64,000 nt of DNA from an uncultured Alphaproteobacteria bacterium (lineage in GTDB: Bacteria > Pseudomonadota > Alphaproteobacteria > RF32 > CAG-239), in assembly GCA_944391315.1 (NCBI GenBank), contig CALXTD010000004.1, positions 3,973 through 67,972 of the forward strand. The letters run 5' to 3'. Shown here piece after piece: positions 50,067 through 58,092 of this stretch. Both the position numbers and the translations under genes were made by a program. The stretch's first letter is position 1. The number at the start of each line of letters is the position of its first letter. Under the pieces are notes generated by a model. That model was given only the letters and a program-made list of their open reading frames with translations, had not been told where the DNA came from and did not search any database.

Positions 50067-50426
50067 TTAATCCGGTTTTTGACCGTTAATTTCCTCGATA
50101 ATACTCAGAATTTTCTCAGCTGCGGCTTTTTCTTTTGTGTCTTTATTGTAGCTCTTTAAACTATTAAGTGTTTCAATATGAATATGGTATTTTGCCGCAT
50201 ATTCTCTGATTAATTGTTTAACCTCGTTACATTTTTTTTGAGCACTGAGTGTTGGATAGGTTCTACAGATTCCTCTTTCATGTAGTTGAAGGTAGCGGCA
50301 CATTCTGTAAAATACGATGTTTTCGGCATTGCAACTGAGCTGATGTTCTTGAGTGTAGAGGCCAATTTTGTAAAAATTTGCAGTTGCTGCAAAGTTTTCC
50401 TCTTCTTTAAAAAATAATTTTTCCAT
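50067..50426 (-). CDS. Hypothetical protein (119 aa)
   Basis: Complete ORF with its own terminator; no family recognised. Confidence 0.5.
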   Translation of the reverse strand: MEKLFFKEEENFAATANFYKIGLYTQEHQLSCNAENIVFYRMCRYLQLHERGICRTYPTLSAQKKCNEVKQLIREYAAKYHIHIETLNSLKSYNKDTKEKAAAEKILSIIEEINGQKPD

Positions 50427-50560
50427 AAATTATAATTTTTGGGGTTAATAATATCTTTTCGTTCGCAATAGTAGCAAAGTTTGTTTCTATTGTCCAGTAT
50501 AATTGTTGAAATTTTTACTTGAGTCTTTTTTGTAAATGAATTATTACTGTTTTATTCAAT

Positions 50561-50637
50561 GTATCCGTAGCTCAATTGGATAGAGTGTTGGCCTCCGACG
50601 CCAAAGGTTGTGGGTTCGATCCCCGCCGGATACGCCA
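50561..50637 (+). tRNA. tRNA-Arg (anticodon CCG)
   Basis: Hand-folded cloverleaf: acceptor GTATCCG/CGGATAC, anticodon stem TTGGC/GCCAA with loop CTCCGAC, T-arm GTGGG-TTCGATC-CCCGC, encoded GCCA end. Confidence 0.93.
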
Positions 50638-50643
50638 CTTTTC

Positions 50644-50669
50644 AGCGCCCGTTCAGGGTGCTTTTTTTT
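50644..50669 (+). terminator. Terminator after tRNA-Arg
   Basis: AGCGCCC-GTTCA-GGGTGCT followed by TTTTTTTT. Confidence 0.75.
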
Positions 50670-50864
50670 AGAATAAAGGATTATATGCCCATTGCAGAAG
50701 AGCTTGCCTTGCTGCATTTTGTCGTTCACCAGTATTAATGTCATAATCTTTCTCCTTGGTTTTATAAATATATTTGCTTGGAGAAAACTTGGCAAGGGGT
50801 GGTGTTAGTTTGGGATTATTCTGTTGATGCTCTTGCACTGATGGCTTTAATCATATAGTTTTAT

Positions 50865-51683
50865 ATGCAAGTGAGGTTTTCTATGGAAATGCTTGAAAAA
50901 TATAAGTTATATAATGGTGATTGTTTTGAGGTGTTAGAAAAATTTCCCTCAGAAACGTTTGATATGATTTTTGCTGATCCTCCTTATATGTTGTCCGGTG
51001 AGGGAATCGCTTGTAAAAGCGGTAAGCTTGTTTCTATCAATAAAGGAAGTTGGGATAAAAGCAACGGCATAGAAGAAGATTTTGAATTCCATAAAAAATG
51101 GTTGTCTTTGTGCAAGCGGTTGCTTAAACCTAATGGTACTATTTGGGTTTCGGGAACTTATCATAATATTCTTTCCTGCGGGTATGCCATGCTTTTGCTA
51201 AACTATCATATTCTTAATGATATTGCATGGTTTAAGCCTAATGCCAGCCCAAACATCTCTTGCAAATATTTTACGGCCAGTCATGAAAGTTTGCTTTGGG
51301 CCAGAAAAGATAAAAAAGCCAAGCATTATTTTAATTATAAGGCAATGAAGGAAGGGTATTTTCCTAACGATTTTATCAAAAAGCCCAATATGCAAATGCG
51401 CAGTGTTTGGGCTATTGCCGCAACAAAACCCTGTGAAAAACTCCACGGACGGCATCCGACGCAAAAGCCTTTGGAATTGTTGGAACGTATTATTACGGCT
51501 TCTACCCAAGAAGGTGATTTGATTCTTGATCCGTTTATGGGGAGCGGAACGACCGGTGTGGCCGCTCTTAAGCTTGGTAGAAAATTTGTTGGGGTTGATG
51601 CTGAGAAGCAGTATGTTGAACTGGCAGAACGTCGGATTTCGGATGTTATGAATAATCCGCAAATTACGGGACTGAAATTATAA
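50865..51683 (+). CDS. Beta-class (motif IV before motif I) DNA N6-adenine/N4-cytosine methyltransferase, DpnIIB/DpnA-like
   Basis: DMIFADPPYMLSG, NGTIWVSGTYHNI, WFKPNASPNISCKYFTASHESLLWARK, HPTQKP, ILDPFMGSGTTGV, VGVDAEKQY; start may be 50883. Confidence 0.88.
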   Translation: MQVRFSMEMLEKYKLYNGDCFEVLEKFPSETFDMIFADPPYMLSGEGIACKSGKLVSINKGSWDKSNGIEEDFEFHKKWLSLCKRLLKPNGTIWVSGTYHNILSCGYAMLLLNYHILNDIAWFKPNASPNISCKYFTASHESLLWARKDKKAKHYFNYKAMKEGYFPNDFIKKPNMQMRSVWAIAATKPCEKLHGRHPTQKPLELLERIITASTQEGDLILDPFMGSGTTGVAALKLGRKFVGVDAEKQYVELAERRISDVMNNPQITGLKL

Positions 51684-51692
51684 CAGGTCATT

Positions 51693-52379
51693 ATGTATAG
51701 TCGTTTATATGATATGGCTGATGAAAAGTATCGGCTTTTTGCCTTAAAGCTTTTGCCTGATGTTTGTCAGGAAAAATTGCTTGGTGTGCGGTTGCCAAAG
51801 TTACGTCATTTGGCAAAAGAAATTGCTCGCGGTGATTATCAAAGCTTTTTGGCTCTTGAGGTGCCACCGTTATTTGAGGCGGAAATGCTGTTTGGTTTTG
51901 TTATTGGTTATGCTCCATTGTCTGATGATGAAAAATTTTCTTATCTCGAACGCTTTTTGCCGTTGATTGATAACTGGTCGGTCTGTGATAGTGTGTGTTG
52001 CTCCCTTAAATTTTCGGACAAGGATGAGCTATGGCGCTGGCTTGAAGTTAAACTTAAAGCTTGTTCTGAGCAAGAGTATGTTGTGCGTTTTTGTTTTGTG
52101 ATGATGTTAAATAATTTTGTTTCGGCTGATTACTTAATGCGAATCTTAGCTTTGGTTCGGCAATGTTCTTCGTCGGCTTATTATGTGAAAATGGCGCAGG
52201 CTTGGCTTTTGTCTGTGCTTTTTGTGGCCTTTCCTGACGAGGTGGAGGCTTTTATTTTTGATAAAAAAACCGATGCTTTACTCCTTTCGCTCACGGTACA
52301 GAAAATTTGTGATTCTCTGAGGGTAGAGCGCGGTGTTAAACAACGGTTGCGTGCGTTAAAAAAGAGTTTTGTGTCTTAG
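51693..52379 (+). CDS. DNA alkylation repair (AlkC/AlkD-like HEAT-repeat) protein
   Basis: 228 aa helical repeats; IDNWSVCD resembles the DNWDLVD motif of the family. Confidence 0.65.
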   Translation: MYSRLYDMADEKYRLFALKLLPDVCQEKLLGVRLPKLRHLAKEIARGDYQSFLALEVPPLFEAEMLFGFVIGYAPLSDDEKFSYLERFLPLIDNWSVCDSVCCSLKFSDKDELWRWLEVKLKACSEQEYVVRFCFVMMLNNFVSADYLMRILALVRQCSSSAYYVKMAQAWLLSVLFVAFPDEVEAFIFDKKTDALLLSLTVQKICDSLRVERGVKQRLRALKKSFVS

Positions 52380-53746
52380 TGCCACGGCAGTTCTGCGTGC
52401 TGGTGGCAGTAAAGATATTTAACTCCCAGTTGTTTTATGGTATAGCGATAGCCTAGTGCAACAATCAGCGAAGCTCCAATCCAAGCAATCGGGCTGGCTA
52501 GGCAAATTCCCAGATAGCCGAAGTTTGCTGCTAAAACTATTGCTGCAAAAGAGCGCAGCAGAAGTTCGGCAATGCTTGAGATAACCGGAATTGATGGTTT
52601 TCCCAGTCCTTGTAAGGCATTGCGGTAGATGAATATTTGCCCTAAGAAAAAGTAAAATAGAACGCTAATACTCAAGTAAGCTTTGGCTTGGCGAATAACT
52701 TCTTGATTGTCTTCTTTAACAAAGATTTGGACCATGTGTTCGCCGATTGTGAATATCATAAGTGCCATGAAGATACTTAGTCCCAAAGATATCATAGAAC
52801 AGTTGAAGACACCTCTTCTGATGCGGCCTATCAATCCGGCGCCGTAGTTTTGGGCAACGTAAGTGGCCATGGCAATGCCAAAAGAAACCATCGGCTGAAC
52901 GGCCAGTTGCTCTATTCTGGAGGCTGAGGTAAAGGCGGCAATTGTGGTTGGACCAAAGGAGTTGCATACGCTTTGCAAAACAATGCTGCCCAAAGCGATG
53001 ATTGAAAACTGAATTGACATCGGAATTGCGATTTCCAAATGCTCTTTGCAAAAAGCCCAGTCAAAGCGCCAGTCATTTTTGGTTATTCTTAAAATCGGAT
53101 ATTTTCTGTGAATGTGGATGTAGCATAAAATGACAGAAAGGCTTAATGCTGTTACTGTGCCGAGGGCAGAGCCTCTGACACCAAGGCCGACATATTTTAT
53201 TAAAACAAAGTTTAGGATGACATTGATAATGGTTGCAAATATCAGAAAATAAAGCGGTGTTTTGCTATCACCCAAAGCGCGCAAAATACTGGCTAATAGA
53301 TTGTAATAGACTATCATGATTAGGCCGATGGTGATGACTTTCATGAAGTCATAGGCTTGGGCAAAAATTTCTTGTGGGACATTCATCCATTGCAAAAGTC
53401 TGGGTAATATGAGCAAGGTTATGCCGCTTATGGCTAAGGTATAAATGCCGCAAATGAGGATTGATGCAGCAGCTGAGCGGCGGACATTCTTTATGTCATT
53501 AGCTCCGAATCTTTGGGCGGTGATGACCGTTAAGCCCGAGGTGAAGCCAATGGTTAAGCCCATTAGCAAAAAGAACAACGGGCCGGTTGATCCTACTGCT
53601 GCCAAAGAATTTACACCCAAAAGGCGACCGACAATAATTGTATCCGAGATGCTGTATATTTGCTGAAAAACATTACCTATCAACAGGGGAATCGTGAAAG
53701 CAATTATCAGTTTTATCGGATTGCCCGAGGTCATGTTTTGAATCAT
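52376..53746 (-). CDS. MATE family efflux transporter
   Basis: 456 aa, 12-TM; N-terminus GNPIKLIIAFTIPLLIGNVFQQIYSISDTIIVGRLLG. Confidence 0.9.
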   Translation of the reverse strand: MIQNMTSGNPIKLIIAFTIPLLIGNVFQQIYSISDTIIVGRLLGVNSLAAVGSTGPLFFLLMGLTIGFTSGLTVITAQRFGANDIKNVRRSAAASILICGIYTLAISGITLLILPRLLQWMNVPQEIFAQAYDFMKVITIGLIMIVYYNLLASILRALGDSKTPLYFLIFATIINVILNFVLIKYVGLGVRGSALGTVTALSLSVILCYIHIHRKYPILRITKNDWRFDWAFCKEHLEIAIPMSIQFSIIALGSIVLQSVCNSFGPTTIAAFTSASRIEQLAVQPMVSFGIAMATYVAQNYGAGLIGRIRRGVFNCSMISLGLSIFMALMIFTIGEHMVQIFVKEDNQEVIRQAKAYLSISVLFYFFLGQIFIYRNALQGLGKPSIPVISSIAELLLRSFAAIVLAANFGYLGICLASPIAWIGASLIVALGYRYTIKQLGVKYLYCHQHAELPWH

Positions 53747-53859
53747 CTTTTTGTGCCTCTTTTATCAGTCATAAGCGTTTCTTAATTTTTCTCTGTCAGA
53801 TGTATACAACCTTATTTTTTTATTTCAAGCTTTAATAAGTATTTTTTCTCGCTTGAAAA

Positions 53860-53867
53860 TGTATAAT
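53860..53867 (+). promoter_or_regulatory. Extended -10 promoter element candidate
   Basis: TGTATAAT about 45 nt upstream of the 53914 start. Confidence 0.4.
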
Positions 53868-53913
53868 TTGGTATGTATCTTTTACTCGCTATTTAATTGT
53901 AAAGGAATCGCTT

Positions 53914-55788
53914 ATGGCAAAATATTTATGGCAGAGATTGAAGCCCTTTTTTTATTGCTTTATTGTTTTTCAAATCATTTCCGTTTCTGGAAAGATTTTT
54001 CAGACTTATCAGGGGTTTGATTATTCTCCGTTGAGCTTGTTGTTGATGCTCGGAAGTTTGGTGCTGACATCAGTTATCGCCTTTATGTATATGATGATCC
54101 CGTTTTTGCTGTTTTTGATGTTTTTGCCGCAAAAGCGTCTTTATGGCAAGGGTGACAAGATTTTTACAACGCTTTCCTTCTTTGTTTTTGTATATATGAA
54201 TCTGTTCGGGGTTGTGGCTGAGCAAATTTTTTGGGATGAGTTTCAATCCGCGTTTAATTTTATTGCCGTTGATTATTTGGTTTATACAACCGAAGTGGTT
54301 GAAAATATCTATCAATCTTATCCGGTGAACTGGCTGCTGTTTGGCATTTTGGTGGTTACACTGGCAATTATGAAGTTTGGTTATAAATATCTGTTTCCTG
54401 CCGTGGAGGTTCCGCGTTTTGGACGTCGTTTGGCCGGTGCGGTGATTTATGTTTTGGTTTTGGTCGGGGCGTATCATGGGGTTGATATGTCGCGCCTTGA
54501 GTGGGGCAAAAACCATTATAATAATGAGGCCGGAAAACAAGGGACGTTTAGTCTGTTTAGTGCCTTTTTGAAAAATGAAATTGATTATAAAACTTTTTAT
54601 CCGGTGCAAGATAAGGCTAAAAATATGGAAATTTTGCGGTCAAAATTCGGTGGAAAGAATGTGACGTTTCTTGAGCCGGAAGAATCGATTGAGCGCAAAA
54701 TATCTTCACCTAAAAAAGAAAATCGCGCCAATGTGATTATTGTTTTGATGGAAAGTCTGAGTGCAAAATATTTGGATATGACCGAGCCTTCTCCTGAAGG
54801 AGAGCAGGTTAAACTGACGCCGAATCTGGATAAGCTTGCTAAAGAGAGCCTTTATTTTAGTCATGTTTATGCGACGGGAACACGTTCCGTTCGTGGAATC
54901 GAGGCTTTGACTTTGTCAGTGCCTCCGCTTCCGGGGATGTCTATCGTGCGTCGAGATAATAATGAAAATTTGTTGAGCATCGGTTCTATCTTTGCTGGTA
55001 AAGGTTATGACAACAAATGGATTTATGGTGGTTTCGGTTATTTTGATAATATGAATTATTTCTTCAAAAATAATCATTTCCAAGTGGTTGACCGCGGTAA
55101 ATGGGACAAGGGCGAAGTTACTTTTGCTAATGCATGGGGCGCTTGTGACGGTGATACTTATCGCAAGGTGATTAAAGAAGCCGATAAGTCTTATGCTGAG
55201 GGTAAACCGTTTTTATCGGTTATTCTTTCAATCTCGAATCATCGCCCTTATACCTATCCGGATGAAAATTTGCCGTTGAAATCCGGTAAGCATAAGCGCC
55301 GCGGGGCTGTCCTTTATGCGGACTATGCTATCGGCCAGTTTATTGAAGAAGCAAAGACAAAGCCATGGTTTGATAATACTGTCTTTGTGTTTGTGGCTGA
55401 CCATACCGCCGGTGCTGCCGGAAAAGAAGAAATTAATTTGGCCGGACATCATATCCCAGCGATACTTTATGCGCCGAAGCTGATTAAGCCGAAGAGAATC
55501 GATACGCCAATCAGTCAGATTGATGTGTTGCCAACTTTGCTCGGAATTTTGGACTTTGATTATGTCAGCCGCTTTTGGGGGCAAAATGTGCTGGCCGAAG
55601 ATTATGAATCTCGGTATTTTGTCAGCAATTATCAAAAGGTTGGTTATGTCAAAGATGGGACTGATGTTATCTTAAAACCAGTCAGACAGTTTTCATATGA
55701 AGGAAAAGAAATTTCTTCGGCCGCGCAAGAAAAGCTCAAGTCGGAAGCCATTGCCTTTTATCAAGAGGCCGAAAACTGGAAACCGTAA
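53914..55788 (+). CDS. LTA synthase/phosphoglycerol transferase-like sulfatase family membrane protein
   Basis: 5 N-terminal TM helices then sulfatase-type domain (VIIVLMESLS, ATGTRSVRG, SNHRPY, VFVADH). Confidence 0.8.
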   Translation: MAKYLWQRLKPFFYCFIVFQIISVSGKIFQTYQGFDYSPLSLLLMLGSLVLTSVIAFMYMMIPFLLFLMFLPQKRLYGKGDKIFTTLSFFVFVYMNLFGVVAEQIFWDEFQSAFNFIAVDYLVYTTEVVENIYQSYPVNWLLFGILVVTLAIMKFGYKYLFPAVEVPRFGRRLAGAVIYVLVLVGAYHGVDMSRLEWGKNHYNNEAGKQGTFSLFSAFLKNEIDYKTFYPVQDKAKNMEILRSKFGGKNVTFLEPEESIERKISSPKKENRANVIIVLMESLSAKYLDMTEPSPEGEQVKLTPNLDKLAKESLYFSHVYATGTRSVRGIEALTLSVPPLPGMSIVRRDNNENLLSIGSIFAGKGYDNKWIYGGFGYFDNMNYFFKNNHFQVVDRGKWDKGEVTFANAWGACDGDTYRKVIKEADKSYAEGKPFLSVILSISNHRPYTYPDENLPLKSGKHKRRGAVLYADYAIGQFIEEAKTKPWFDNTVFVFVADHTAGAAGKEEINLAGHHIPAILYAPKLIKPKRIDTPISQIDVLPTLLGILDFDYVSRFWGQNVLAEDYESRYFVSNYQKVGYVKDGTDVILKPVRQFSYEGKEISSAAQEKLKSEAIAFYQEAENWKP

Positions 55789-55803
55789 TCTTTAGGCAAT
55801 AAG

Positions 55804-55844
55804 AAAAATCCCTGATATTGTAGCAACAATTTCAGGGATTTTTT
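55804..55844. terminator. Bidirectional terminator between convergent genes
   Basis: AAAAATCCCTGA..loop..TCAGGGATTTTTT. Confidence 0.8.
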
Positions 55845-55850
55845 GTGGGG

Positions 55851-56918
55851 TTAAAACTCAATGACCGGACGGACATGGTAGCTGCGTTCTTTATAGTAAT
55901 TTGCGTAGTCAAAACTGGAACTGGTACTGTCGCTCAGACCATAGCTATTGCCTAAATAAGAATACCAAGCACGATAAGCTCCGGTTTCACATGATGACCA
56001 AGCGTAGGTGGTTTTTATGAATGCTGTTCCGCCTGCGTTATTGAAACCTGTGTTTATTTTGCTTTGATTATTGTAATATGAGGTAAATATTCCTGCTGCC
56101 GGCAAGCACCAATCTCCGACCTTCGTTCCTTTGGTTGTATAATTATATGCTGCCCATACTGCCGGATAGGTGCTACTGTCTCCTTGAGCTCTTATTATTG
56201 CGCTATTTTCACAACTTGCAACGTCTTGTGATGCTCCCGCTTTATAACTATAATTAGGTAAGTCTGGAATATCAATCCCGTAGCCACCCCATTCATAGCC
56301 CCCTATTGATTTCAGTGCTAAAGCTTGTCCGCATTTTCCGTCACTGGATTTATAAACCACTACTGCTATCGGAGTCTTGCCCGATACTTTATTCGCGTTG
56401 CATGTTCCATCACTGAACAAGATATCGCCAATTGCGCAGTTTGTTGCATATCCATTACATTGACCGAATTCTACTGGAATAACGCATTTTGAACCATTCC
56501 ATAAATAACCTGTAGTACACTTGCAAGCAGTATATTTTTCTCCACAAGCGGTGCCACTTCCTCCGGTTTGGTTTGCTCCTGTGCAAGCATATTGATATGT
56601 TGTCGGGCAAGTACAAGCTGTTCCATTCCATGTGTATGGGTTGCTGCAAGTGCATGACGTATATTTTCCGTCACAAGTTTCTCCAACACCACCGGCGTAG
56701 CCAGTTCCGCTGCAAGTATAGTTAAAACCCATTTCGCTACAGGTCTTCGTACAAAACCATTTATCACCCCAAGGGCATTTGACGCCGCCGTTTGGGCAAG
56801 AAGCTTCGGTATAGCCAAGGCTTGCGCAATCTGGTGTCGCCGTACAAGTCGGGGTTTGGGCGATGGCGCTTATTGGCGCGATAACTGCCGCGCTTGTCAT
56901 TAATATGATTTTTCTCAT
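55851..56918 (-). CDS. Secreted Cys-rich modular protein with DUF1566/Lcl-C-like C-terminal domain
   Basis: ATG 56918 after AGGAGAAATA; signal peptide MRKIILMTSAAVIAPISAIAQ; 20 Cys in first ~165 mature residues; C-terminus DWCLPAAGIF..YAWSS.E..AWY....G......HVRPVIEF. Confidence 0.8.
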   Translation of the reverse strand: MRKIILMTSAAVIAPISAIAQTPTCTATPDCASLGYTEASCPNGGVKCPWGDKWFCTKTCSEMGFNYTCSGTGYAGGVGETCDGKYTSCTCSNPYTWNGTACTCPTTYQYACTGANQTGGSGTACGEKYTACKCTTGYLWNGSKCVIPVEFGQCNGYATNCAIGDILFSDGTCNANKVSGKTPIAVVVYKSSDGKCGQALALKSIGGYEWGGYGIDIPDLPNYSYKAGASQDVASCENSAIIRAQGDSSTYPAVWAAYNYTTKGTKVGDWCLPAAGIFTSYYNNQSKINTGFNNAGGTAFIKTTYAWSSCETGAYRAWYSYLGNSYGLSDSTSSSFDYANYYKERSYHVRPVIEF

Positions 56919-56935
56919 CTTATTTCTCCTTCTTG

Positions 56936-57838
56936 TTATAAGCACAGCATAAACGCGCTGTTATATGGACATTTCAAAGCTCTGCCGCTGCAACTCGTTG
57001 ACTTATAGCCTAATGCCGCGCAATCGGTTATCGGCGCGGTGCAATAATAGTCATAATTAACCGCGCAGCCGGTGATATACCATTTGCCCGAGCAATCTTC
57101 GAATGCACAGTCATAGCCCTCGGGGCAAGTTGTTAATGTGCCGTTGTTATCGCAAGTCTTACATTCTCTATAAAGGGTGGTGGTGCCTGACAAACAAGTT
57201 TCTGTCCCCGCGATTGGTCCTAAATCACCGCAAATTTGAAAACCCTCGCAAGCTGCTGCCACGACTTGATATTTGGTTTGTCCATCACAATCCAAACAAG
57301 GTTCACCAAGTTGTTCATATCCGGCCGGAATCTCGGTTTCGGTATATTCCGAGCCGCAAGGGGTGCAAGTGCAGGACGCATATTTGCCGTTGCAAGCCTC
57401 GCCAACTCCGACATAGGGTTCTTCGCAAGTTACGTAATCACTTGGGCAAGTTGAGACACAATCTGAATAATAAGGGCCGTATGGACATTTCTTTCCCCCT
57501 GGGGCATACCATTCGGGGCATTCACTGACCGTAAAACCTTCATTAAAGCAGCGGTCATGAGCATTCATGTCAAAATCGGGTAAATTGCCACTGTCATTGC
57601 CACCGAACATCGCATCAGAACAAGCCGAGGTGTCATTAATAAAACAAACCGCTGCGGTTTGAAATTCATCAGAAGAAGGCAAACTTGGTGACGAAGCATA
57701 AAGGTGTGTGTGAAGTGTGTAGACAAGCTGTTCGTCACTCTTGATAACAGAATTATCAGCTCTCGCGCCGGTCGGCAAAATTCCTACCGCCAAACAAAGC
57801 GCCGCGGTCAAAACCGCCTTTTGTCGTGAGATAAACAT
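56936..57838 (-). CDS. Secreted Cys-rich modular protein (about 29 Cys in 300 aa)
   Basis: Signal-like N-terminus AVLTAALCLAVGILPTGARA; shares G.xC[ND]GKY[AT]SCTC and DCA[AS]LGY..SC....KCP modules with downstream gene. Confidence 0.75.
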   Translation of the reverse strand: MFISRQKAVLTAALCLAVGILPTGARADNSVIKSDEQLVYTLHTHLYASSPSLPSSDEFQTAAVCFINDTSACSDAMFGGNDSGNLPDFDMNAHDRCFNEGFTVSECPEWYAPGGKKCPYGPYYSDCVSTCPSDYVTCEEPYVGVGEACNGKYASCTCTPCGSEYTETEIPAGYEQLGEPCLDCDGQTKYQVVAAACEGFQICGDLGPIAGTETCLSGTTTLYRECKTCDNNGTLTTCPEGYDCAFEDCSGKWYITGCAVNYDYYCTAPITDCAALGYKSTSCSGRALKCPYNSAFMLCL

Positions 57839-58092
57839 AATACTTCTCCTATCTCGTTTGCCTTCACGACTCGATTATAGCATAAATTCGGTTTACTTTC
57901 AATGCTATTTTTTAAGAAAGGAGAAAGTGTGGTGAAAAAAATTTGTTTGTCAATTAATTTTCTGAATCATTTTAAAGTGTTAACCGATTTTTTAGACTCA
58001 GGAATCTATCATTCCCACATAATAAAAAGGAATCACGTTTCTGTTGTGGTTTTGCTTTATTTGTTTTTTGTTTTAACTTTTATAAGGAATCT

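Noticed and set aside
50556-50795. ORF 50556..50795 (-)
   Set aside because: It overlaps tRNA-Arg and its terminator on the opposite strand, and the sequence is implausible for a protein.
50561-52379. Complete restriction-modification system or tRNA-Arg genomic island
   Set aside because: There is no endonuclease-like ORF, no integrase, and no direct repeat of the tRNA-Arg 3' end downstream. Only the solitary methyltransferase is reported as a finding.
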